From an uncultured Burkholderiales bacterium (lineage in GTDB: Bacteria; Pseudomonadota; Gammaproteobacteria; Burkholderiales; SHXO01), in assembly GCA_964386195.1 (NCBI GenBank), contig CAYLTE010000001.1, positions 2,650 to 66,649 of the forward strand: a stretch of DNA of 64,000 nucleotides, read 5' to 3'. Position 1 is the stretch's first letter. The number at the start of each line of letters is the position of its first letter. The translations under genes and the position numbers were made by a program. Shown piece by piece: positions 18,700-26,127 of this stretch. The notes beneath the pieces were generated by a model. The model saw only the letters and a program-made list of their open reading frames with translations, made no database searches and was not told the origin of the DNA.

Positions 18700-19359
18700 T
18701 CACACGGCGTTCGCCGCGAGCGCGCGCTGTCCCAGCGTGGCGTTGACGCGCCGGAGCGCGTCGGGTTTGGCGCCCAGCAGTTCCTCGAGTTCCCCCTCGT
18801 CCATCACGACGATCGGCACATCGCGAACGAAGCGGATCGCCTCCACGCTGAGGCGCCCTCTGGTCAGAAACAGCGCACCGCCCGCCTTTTCGCGACCGAT
18901 CAACCCACACAGCGCGCGCAGGTGTTCCGTGTCCACCTGCCGGCGGCGCCAGTGCCGACACTGCACGAGCATGCGTTCGCCATTGCGCACGACGAGCAGA
19001 TCCGCGCCGTCCGTCTCGAGCGAGCGGACGTGAACGCCGAAGCCCTGCACACGGAGTGCCTCGCCCACGCGATCTCGTAGTTCCTGCGCCGAGAGATTCG
19101 CGACCGGGCGCTGCATGCGGGAATGCGCCGCACGTCCCGGCCAGAGCGCAGCGAGCAGGGTCAGCGGGACCAGCAGATAGAGACTGCGCAGTGCGAGCGG
19201 CGCGAGCTGCTCGATGGCTCCGGCATGCGCTTCGACGATCGGCAGGCGCGCCCCGAGCACTGGCATCCACTCGGCATGGGCGACGATGACGAGGGCGATG
19301 GCCAGCGGCGGCAGCCACCACCGCAGACGCAACAGACGGGACAGGGCGAGCGCGAACAT
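18700..19359 (-). CDS. membrane-anchored restriction endonuclease-like (Mrr_cat) domain protein
   Basis: 219 aa. Two to three N-terminal TM helices, then ...ETDGADLLVV...MLVQCRHWRRRQV...GGALFLTRGRLS, resembling the Mrr catalytic core. Confidence 0.7.
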   Translation of the reverse strand: MFALALSRLLRLRWWLPPLAIALVIVAHAEWMPVLGARLPIVEAHAGAIEQLAPLALRSLYLLVPLTLLAALWPGRAAHSRMQRPVANLSAQELRDRVGEALRVQGFGVHVRSLETDGADLLVVRNGERMLVQCRHWRRRQVDTEHLRALCGLIGREKAGGALFLTRGRLSVEAIRFVRDVPIVVMDEGELEELLGAKPDALRRVNATLGQRALAANAV

Positions 19360-19434
19360 GACAGTGAATTCGGCAAGAGACTGTCGCCTAAGCAGAAAGC
19401 TTGCCGGCGCCTGCCTCCTTGCCCACCGAACCGC

Positions 19435-19947
19435 TCAACGCGCGCCTGCGCCGCCTCCGCCGTTGCCGCCGCCGGCTGCGTCCGACCCCTGGGCATTCGT
19501 ACCCTGGGTATCCGATCCCGCCGCCCCGGTCGCCGAACCGTCTGTCCCGGGGATGCCGCCGGCGGCGGCCGTCACCGTCAAGGTGCGGCCGCTTGCCGGA
19601 TTGGTGATCGCGCGCGCCTCGAGGACGGTAGTGCCGTCCGGATCCGTCCCGCGGGCGACGATGCCGCGCACCTCGACCTCGCGGGTTTCGCCCAGCAGGG
19701 CGCGCACCTTCGGAGCGAGGTAGGCGGGAAAGTGAACCATCAGACCCCGGTCCAGCACGAAGCCGTCGATCTCACCGGTGGGGGCGCGCGTGAAGCGTGC
19801 GATCGCACCGCGCACCTGCTGTTCCTTCGGCGCGTCGGCGATGCCCTTGCCCTCGAGGACCGGCGACTGGGGATCCGGCTGCTGCGCCCAGGCGGCGGAA
19901 GCGAGCGCGAGCAAAGCGGTGAATCGGACGAACGGGTGGCGCAGCAT
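19435..19947 (-). CDS. secreted hypothetical protein with Gly/Ser/Thr/Ala-rich tail
   Basis: Internal ATG gives MLRHPFVRFTALLALASAAWAQQ (signal peptide), a ~100 aa globular part and a low-complexity C-terminus. Confidence 0.55.
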   Translation of the reverse strand: MLRHPFVRFTALLALASAAWAQQPDPQSPVLEGKGIADAPKEQQVRGAIARFTRAPTGEIDGFVLDRGLMVHFPAYLAPKVRALLGETREVEVRGIVARGTDPDGTTVLEARAITNPASGRTLTVTAAAGGIPGTDGSATGAAGSDTQGTNAQGSDAAGGGNGGGGAGAR

Positions 19948-20007
19948 GGGGCGTCTCCGGGGAATCATTCGCCCATTCGGCAACTCGCGTGCCGCCGGGC
20001 GACCCGC

Positions 20008-20526
20008 TCACAACCAGCCGGCGGCCCCCACTGCTGCGCCAGCGGCGATGAGCACCAGCAGGTGCACGCGGGTGCGCCACACCAGCACCGCGGACACCAG
20101 CGTCAGCAGGGCAAGGCGGACGTTGCCGCCCGCGCCGATGAGGATCCAGGCGGTGGCGAACATCAGCGCGATCACGATAGGCGCCATGCCGGCCTTGAAC
20201 GCCCGCACCGGCGTCCAGTGCGCGCGCGCATGACTCCAGCGCGCCGCCGCGAACGCTAGCGTCGTCGAGGGCAGCATGATGCCCAGCATGGTGGCAGCCG
20301 CTCCCGCCAGGCCCGCCGCCTGGTAACCCATCACGGCGACGAATAGGACATTGGGACCGGGCGCCGCCTGCGCGATCGCGATGGAGGCGTTGAACTGCGC
20401 GTCGGTGAGCAGGCCCAGCTGATCGACCAGAACGCGATGCATGTCGGGCGCAACGGTGATCGCGCCACCGATCGCCAGCAGCGAGAGCAGGAGGAAATGA
20501 GCGAACAGCGCCAGCCAGTCGTCCAC
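20008..20526 (-). CDS. short-chain chromate ion transporter (CHR) family protein
   Basis: 172 aa. LLAIGGAITVAPDM...AIAQAAPGPN, the CHR half-domain signature. Confidence 0.85.
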   Translation of the reverse strand: MDDWLALFAHFLLLSLLAIGGAITVAPDMHRVLVDQLGLLTDAQFNASIAIAQAAPGPNVLFVAVMGYQAAGLAGAAATMLGIMLPSTTLAFAAARWSHARAHWTPVRAFKAGMAPIVIALMFATAWILIGAGGNVRLALLTLVSAVLVWRTRVHLLVLIAAGAAVGAAGWL

Positions 20527-20533
20527 GCCGCGA

Positions 20534-21133
20534 TCAACCCCTCGCGTCGTCGCCGGCGCGTCGCTGGGCGTGCAACCGCACCCAGGCCAGCGACCAGGAG
20601 GTGCCGCCCAGGGCTGCCAGCACCCAGACCAGCGGCCAGCGCAGCAACCCGACGGCGACGAACGCGGTCACGGCGAACGCGGCCGCCGCATGCACGCCAA
20701 GCACGCTGGTACGCAGGCTCGGCAGAAGTTTGAGCGCCGTGCCCGCGATCAGTCCTGCCGAGACCGCACCCATTCCGCGCAAGGCGCCCGACACCTCAGG
20801 GACGCCGGAAAAATGCGCATAGCCGGCGGTGAGCGCGAGCACGATGACGAGCGGCACGGTCATCATTCCTGCGAGCGCCGCGAACGCACCGCGCCAGCCG
20901 AAGAAGCGGTCGCCGACCATCAGGGCGAGGTTGCAGATGTTCGGACCGGGCAGTACCTGCGCAATGGCGAGCATCTCGATGAACTGCTCGCGCGCGAGCC
21001 AGCGCCGCTCCTCGCACAGCACCCGCTGCGCGACGGCCAGCACGCCCCCGAACCCCTGCAGGGCGAGCCAGGTGAACGCGTAGAACAGCTGCGCCGGAGA
21101 GCCCGGCCGGTCGGTGGCCGCCTCCGTCCTCAC
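20534..21133 (-). CDS. short-chain chromate ion transporter (CHR) family protein
   Basis: GTG at 21133 overlaps the EthD stop (GTGA). FTWLALQGFGGVLAVAQ...AIAQVLPGPN. The longer track ORF 20534..21355 runs into the EthD gene. Confidence 0.8.
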   Translation of the reverse strand: MRTEAATDRPGSPAQLFYAFTWLALQGFGGVLAVAQRVLCEERRWLAREQFIEMLAIAQVLPGPNICNLALMVGDRFFGWRGAFAALAGMMTVPLVIVLALTAGYAHFSGVPEVSGALRGMGAVSAGLIAGTALKLLPSLRTSVLGVHAAAAFAVTAFVAVGLLRWPLVWVLAALGGTSWSLAWVRLHAQRRAGDDARG

Positions 21134-21450
21134 CCTCTGCGCAGCCTGACCTCGCTGATCTGCATGGTCGGCTTCACGTTCGTGTAGTTGGGCACGTCGG
21201 CGAGGATTTCCTTCGCGTGCGGTCCGAATGCGGACTGGAACGCCTCCACGCTGTCGAAGTACAGGTGGCCCATGCAGGCGAAGGGCGCGGTGCTGCCCGG
21301 CGCGCCGCCACCGACGCCGGCGTCGATGTCCATGCCCTTCAGCGCCGCGCCGCATTTCGACTGCACCATCGGCATGTGGACGTTGCAGTAGTAGTCGATG
21401 TCGAAACGGCTGCCTTCTTCACTGGCGTAGAAGACCGTGACCTTGATCAT
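21130..21450 (-). CDS. EthD family reductase
   Basis: 106 aa. MIKVTVFYASEEGSRFDIDYY...HMPMV...YFDSVEAFQSAF...ADVPNYTNVKPTMQISEV. Confidence 0.8.
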   Translation of the reverse strand: MIKVTVFYASEEGSRFDIDYYCNVHMPMVQSKCGAALKGMDIDAGVGGGAPGSTAPFACMGHLYFDSVEAFQSAFGPHAKEILADVPNYTNVKPTMQISEVRLRRG

Positions 21451-21590
21451 GTGCTGTCCTGGATGTGAGAGAGGGGTCGCGTTGCCGCTGGACTATGCAC
21501 GATGGACGCGAAGAGCGTCAAACCGCGGTTGCGCCGTGCCGCGTCAGATGAGCTAGGCTATCGGCCGAGACCCGACACCCGACAAGAACA

Positions 21591-22553
21591 ATGTTCGCCT
21601 TCCTGTCGCCACGCAGCGAAGCGTCCACCACGCCCGAGCTCGAGGCACGCGTGGCGGAGCGCCTGGCCGTCCTCCCGCAAGAGGATCAGGTCATCCTGCT
21701 GGCCCGCCTATCGGGACTGATGAGCGATCTGCGCAAGTGGAGCGCCCAACCGGGGCCAGGGACCGTCGCTGCCCTCGTCCCGGTGGACCAGGCGGTGCGC
21801 GCAGCGTACCGGTCCGTGACCCGGCGGCGCGTGGCGGGAGAGCGTGCCCTCGGGACGCACAGGCCCGAGGACGTGCACGCGATCGTCGAGGAGTGCCTGC
21901 TGCGCCTCGCGCAGTCCTGGTCGTGGCTCGCCCTGCCTGGGTTCGTCGCCATGGCGCCGGCGCAGGCGCCTGCCGAACCGGCACCGGCTGCTGCTGCCGT
22001 CGTCGCGCGCGGCTTGCGCGCATTCACCGCCCTGCTCAAGTGGAGTTATCTGTGCCACGCCCCCGTCGTCCAGGGCGTGTGGGCCGACGCCTGTCGGCTG
22101 CTGTCCTGCGCTGAGGCGCACGGCCTGTCGCGCGCCTGGGTGCGGCTCGACGCGGCGGCGGACTGGCACAGCTGCGTGGAACGGGAATTCCTCAAGGGCT
22201 GCATGCTCGCCACCAGCGGCCCGGAGCGCATGAGTCCGCCCCAGCTCGATGCGGTGGAGCGTGCACTCGAGTTCTGCGCCGATGCGCTGGTGCTCTCGCC
22301 ACACGAGGACCGGCGCCTGCGCTTCGTCATCGATCTCGAGGACGGCTCGCCACCGCGTCCCGCCACCGGAAGGTTCGGCGCCGCCAGCCGCAGTCTCGGC
22401 TTGAACTGCTACGACGTGCGGCTGGACGATCTGATCAAGCGCACGGCCACTGGCCAACTGCGCGCGAGTGCATTCGGCCCTGTCCTGGATCAGCCGCTGG
22501 TGCTGCGCACGCTGATGCAGGTACGCGAGCGCTGGACCTCACATCATCATTGA
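21591..22553 (+). CDS. hypothetical protein (320 aa, no recognised domain)
   Basis: Only protein-like frame in this interval. The overlapping antisense ORFs are Arg/Gly/Pro-rich artefacts. Confidence 0.55.
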   Translation: MFAFLSPRSEASTTPELEARVAERLAVLPQEDQVILLARLSGLMSDLRKWSAQPGPGTVAALVPVDQAVRAAYRSVTRRRVAGERALGTHRPEDVHAIVEECLLRLAQSWSWLALPGFVAMAPAQAPAEPAPAAAAVVARGLRAFTALLKWSYLCHAPVVQGVWADACRLLSCAEAHGLSRAWVRLDAAADWHSCVEREFLKGCMLATSGPERMSPPQLDAVERALEFCADALVLSPHEDRRLRFVIDLEDGSPPRPATGRFGAASRSLGLNCYDVRLDDLIKRTATGQLRASAFGPVLDQPLVLRTLMQVRERWTSHHH

Positions 22554-22613
22554 CCGCAGGCCCAGCAGAGGTTGGCTACAGAACTTTGCGCTCGGCCTGC
22601 CAAGCGCAACGCG

Positions 22614-23066
22614 CTAGTCGTCCGAATCGCCCTTGGCCTTGGGCGCACGCGCGTACGGCACGCGGTGCCGATAGTAGGGCCAGTAGGGCCGGTAGTACGG
22701 GCCGTACCATCCCCAGTATGGATAGACCGAGGCATACGGCGGACCCCACCAGGGATCGTAGTGCCGGTACACGCGGCTGCGCTCGTAATCGACATACGTG
22801 TCCTGCATGTAGTCGAGCACCGCGTCGGGCACACCACGCTCCTTCAGCCGCGCCAGTTCCGAGCCGGAAAGACGGTAGACCGTTTCCGAGTCCTCCATAT
22901 TCGCGATGATCTCCTCCGGCGCGAGGCCTTCCCGGCTCATCTGCACGACTTGCTCGACCGTGACCGGCGGAGGCGCGGGGGTGGTCGCGCAACCGGCGAG
23001 CATCACCCCCATCATGAGCAACGCGCCGGCGAGAGCCGGACGGCACCACGATCTGGTCCTTTGCAT
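22614..23066 (-). CDS. lipoprotein with Tyr/Trp/Pro-rich C-terminal tail
   Basis: Lipobox LAGC at residues 23-26. Helical domain with GLAPEEII / GVPDAVLDYM. Tail YRHYDPWWGPPYASVYPYWGWYGPYYRPYWPYY. Confidence 0.7.
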   Translation of the reverse strand: MQRTRSWCRPALAGALLMMGVMLAGCATTPAPPPVTVEQVVQMSREGLAPEEIIANMEDSETVYRLSGSELARLKERGVPDAVLDYMQDTYVDYERSRVYRHYDPWWGPPYASVYPYWGWYGPYYRPYWPYYRHRVPYARAPKAKGDSDD

Positions 23067-23178
23067 GGCCTTTCACCTCCTTGGGAGTTCGACCCCAGCC
23101 ACATGCCCCGGTTTCGCTGACCTTCCGATTGTGCCGCGACCTTCGCTGCAACCGTCTTCGCAGCAGGGGGCAACCTGA

Positions 23179-23919
23179 ATGCCGCTTCCCCTGGAACTGT
23201 GGATTCCGTGCGCAGGGATCGTACTCCTGGGGTACGTCGTGCTCGGGCTGGGCGGATTCGGCTCGGCGCTGGTATCGATGCCGCTGCTGGCGCTCGTGCT
23301 CCCCATCCGCATGGTGGTGCCGCTGATGCTCCTGCTCGATTTCGTCGGGATGCTCGTCAACGGCGTGAGGCTGCGTCACGACGTGGACAAGGACGAGGTG
23401 CGGGCGATCGTCCCGCCACTGCTGGGCGGCATGGCTGTCGGAGTCACGGCGCTGGTGGTCCTGCCCGGGCGCGCACTGTTGTTCGCGCTGGGTGTGTTCA
23501 TCCTCACCTACGGCGTGTTCACGCTCAAGCCCAGGCCCGGGCGCAAGCCCGTGAAGCGCATCTGGTCGCTCCCTGCCGGCGTGTTCGGCGGGCTGATCGG
23601 GGGCATGTTCGGGACCGGGGGCGCGGTCTTTGCGATGTACTTCATGGCTCGCATTCCCGACGTTGCACGCATGCGCGCGACGATGAGCGCGGTGTTCGTG
23701 GTGAGCACCGGCAGCCGGCTGGCCTTGTTCCTCCTGTCCGGCCTGCTGCTGCAGCGCGAAGTGTGGCTGGCCTTCGTCAGCCTGGTGCCGATGGTATTCG
23801 TCGGCCTGAGCATCGGACATCGCCTGCACGGGCGACTGACGCGCATGCAGGTGGCGCGTCTGCTCAGCCTGCTCCTGCTGGGCAGCGGCGCATCGGTGCT
23901 GATCAAGGCGCTGGCCTAG
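23179..23919 (+). CDS. TauE/SafE family sulfite/anion exporter
   Basis: 246 aa with about 7-8 TM segments. GLGGFGSALVSMPLL and GGMFGTGG repeats. Confidence 0.85.
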   Translation: MPLPLELWIPCAGIVLLGYVVLGLGGFGSALVSMPLLALVLPIRMVVPLMLLLDFVGMLVNGVRLRHDVDKDEVRAIVPPLLGGMAVGVTALVVLPGRALLFALGVFILTYGVFTLKPRPGRKPVKRIWSLPAGVFGGLIGGMFGTGGAVFAMYFMARIPDVARMRATMSAVFVVSTGSRLALFLLSGLLLQREVWLAFVSLVPMVFVGLSIGHRLHGRLTRMQVARLLSLLLLGSGASVLIKALA

Positions 23920-23980
23920 CCGCCCCGAAAGGGGAGGTGTTGCCGCTGCCCGTAAGCACGCGGTTGGCGGTTCCCGCAAA

Positions 23981-24006
23981 CGAAAAGGGCGGCCTCTCGG
24001 GCCGCC
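23981..24006 (-). terminator. rho-independent terminator of the FAD-linked oxidase gene
   Basis: On the minus strand: GGGCGGCC-gaga-GGCCGCCC followed by TTTTCGTTTG, 22 nt after the stop at 24029. Confidence 0.6.
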
Positions 24007-24028
24007 CGCTCCGCCGCTCCCGCGGGCC

Positions 24029-25414
24029 TCACATGCTGAAGATCTTCCCCGGGTTCATGATGTTGAGCGGATCCAGCGCCTTCTTGATCGCGCGCATGAC
24101 GCTCACCGCCTCGCCGTGCTCGGCGGTCAGGAACTTCATCTTGCCCAGACCGATGCCGTGTTCGCCGGTGCACGTGCCGTCCATGGCCAGGGCGCGCATC
24201 ACGAGGCGTTCGTTCAGCCGTTCGGCCTCCTCGAGTTCCTTCGGGTCGTTCCGGTCGATCAGGAACCCAAGGTGGAAATTGCCATCGCCCACGTGGCCGA
24301 CCAGCGGAGCGAGAAGAAAGCTCGCCTTCAGGTCCTTCTTGGTTTCGACGATGCACTCGGCAAGGCGGGAGATGGGCACGCACACGTCGGTCGCCCAGAT
24401 CTCGCAGCCGGGGCGCAGCGCCTTGTTGGCATAGGTGACATCGTGGCGCGCGGTCCACAGCTGCGTGCGCTCCTCCTGTCTGGTCGCCCACCTGAACTCG
24501 CCGCCGCCATTCTCGGACGCGATCGACTGCACCAGTTCGGCCTGTTCCTTGACGCCGTTCTCCGTCCCGTGGAACTCGATGAACAGCGTGTCCTTGACCG
24601 GGTAGTCGAGCTTCGAGAACCGGTTCACCGAATCCATCTGCACGTCGTCGAGCAGCTCGATGCGAGCGACCGGCACCCCGAGCTGGATGGTCTGGATGAC
24701 TGTGTTGACCGCGCCTTCCAGCGTTTCGAAGGAGCACACGGCCGCCGCCATCGCCTCGGGCAGACCGTACAGGCGCAGCGTTACTTCGGTGATGATTCCC
24801 AACGTGCCTTCGCTGCCCACGAAGAGCCGGGTGAGGTCATAGCCGGCCGCGGACTTGCGGGCGCGCCGCGAGGTACGGATGATGCGGCCGTCGGCGAGCA
24901 CGACGGTGAGTCCAAGGACGTTCTCGCGCATCGTGCCGTAGCGCACGGCATTGGTGCCCGAGGCCCGCGTTGCCGCCATGCCGCCCAGCGAGGCATCGGC
25001 GCCCGGGTCGATCGGGAAGAACAACCCCTGATCGCGGATGTAGTCGTTCAGTTGCTTGCGCGTCACCCGCGCCTGCACGGTCACGTCCAGATCCTCGCTG
25101 TTGACCGTAAGGATCTTGTCCATGTTGATCAGGTCGACCACGATGCCGCCGTGCTCCGGGATGACGGCACCTTCGAGGGAAGTACCCGTTCCGTAGGCCA
25201 CCACGGGCGTCTTGTGCCGGGCGCAGATCTGCACGATCTCCGACACCTCCTCGGTGCTTTCCGGGAAGGCGACGGCGTCGGGACGGTGCGGGACGTGCCA
25301 CGATTCGTCCTTGCTGTGATGATCGCGCACCCCGGCACTGGTGGACAGGCGCTCGCCCAGCAGGGCGCGCAATTCGTCGATGGCGCTCTGCACGTTCGCT
25401 ACCGCAACACTCAT
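24029..25414 (-). CDS. FAD-binding oxidoreductase (D-lactate dehydrogenase / GlcD-like)
   Basis: Start MSVAVANVQSAIDEL. Contains VVAYGTGTSLEGA FAD-binding PCMH motif. C-terminal HGIGLGK...DPLNIMNPGK. Confidence 0.9.
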   Translation of the reverse strand: MSVAVANVQSAIDELRALLGERLSTSAGVRDHHSKDESWHVPHRPDAVAFPESTEEVSEIVQICARHKTPVVAYGTGTSLEGAVIPEHGGIVVDLINMDKILTVNSEDLDVTVQARVTRKQLNDYIRDQGLFFPIDPGADASLGGMAATRASGTNAVRYGTMRENVLGLTVVLADGRIIRTSRRARKSAAGYDLTRLFVGSEGTLGIITEVTLRLYGLPEAMAAAVCSFETLEGAVNTVIQTIQLGVPVARIELLDDVQMDSVNRFSKLDYPVKDTLFIEFHGTENGVKEQAELVQSIASENGGGEFRWATRQEERTQLWTARHDVTYANKALRPGCEIWATDVCVPISRLAECIVETKKDLKASFLLAPLVGHVGDGNFHLGFLIDRNDPKELEEAERLNERLVMRALAMDGTCTGEHGIGLGKMKFLTAEHGEAVSVMRAIKKALDPLNIMNPGKIFSM

Positions 25415-25783
25415 TGTTCTCTCATCCGGCTGATCGTTGGTCGGTCCGTCCCCGCTGCGTGAGGCGGATCGGGGAAAGCGCCATTGTGGCAGAAGCGGCC
25501 CGAATCGGCCCCGGCGCAACGGAATTCCAGGCGGGCGAGTTTTTCCAGCGCTGGCGATTTCTACACGGTCCTGCCGCGCCGCATCGGCCGCGAAACCCCG
25601 CGCCTGGAGGGGGATTTGACATCGCAGAAACCATTGGACTGACGCTACGAAAGCCGGTATAAGCCACGTTCCGTGTTTGATTACCAAGGTTCATGCATAT
25701 CACCGGTACGGCGCGTGCAGTCTTTGTGCAATCAGGCATTAGTTTGCGGGCGTGGCCCGCGTTTTCCACCTGAAGGACTGTAC

Positions 25784-25987
25784 ATGGCAACTGGCACTGT
25801 TAAGTGGTTCAACGAATCCAAGGGTTTCGGCTTCATCACCCCCGAGGGCGGCGGCGAGGACGTGTTCGCGCACTTCTCCGCGATCCAGGGCAAGGGCTTC
25901 AAGACGCTGAAGGAAGGACAGCGCGTCAGCTTCGACATCACGCAAGGCCAGAAGGGCAAGCAGGCGTCGAACATCCGTCCCGAGTAA
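25784..25987 (+). CDS. cspA: cold-shock protein CspA family
   Basis: 67 aa. [20 protein letters not shown]...DVFAHFSAI (RNP1/RNP2 motifs). Confidence 0.95.
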   Translation: MATGTVKWFNESKGFGFITPEGGGEDVFAHFSAIQGKGFKTLKEGQRVSFDITQGQKGKQASNIRPE

Positions 25988-26018
25988 GCGAAGCCGCGAA
26001 CCCGGACTGAATACAGAA

Positions 26019-26048
26019 CCCCGGAGCACTGGCTCCGGGGTTTTTTTT
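26019..26048 (+). terminator. rho-independent terminator of cspA
   Basis: CCCCGGAGC-actg-GCTCCGGGG followed by TTTTTTTT. Confidence 0.8.
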
Positions 26049-26127
26049 CGCCCTGCTTCAGGGCGGGCCGACATCGCCTCGGCTACCATTACGCTTCCCA
26101 CCCTCTCCTGCGCTCGCAACGAGAACG

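Noticed and set aside
17810-19359. Ankyrin protein + membrane Mrr-like nuclease as a two-gene defence operon
   Set aside because: The genes are convergent, with stops 14 nt apart, so they cannot be one transcription unit. No methylase, ATPase or other defence-associated gene flanks them. They are reported as separate observations only.
25616-25663. Specific cspA promoter hexamers (TTGACA at 25616; TATAAG at 25658)
   Set aside because: The TTGACA has no acceptable -10 at 16-18 nt, and the TATAAG has only a weak -35 (TTGGAC/TGGACT). The assignment is too ambiguous to list as a feature.
26049-26127. NrdR box or cobalamin riboswitch upstream of nrdJ
   Set aside because: I saw no 16-bp NrdR-type palindrome and no B12-box. 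The region is too short for a cobalamin riboswitch.
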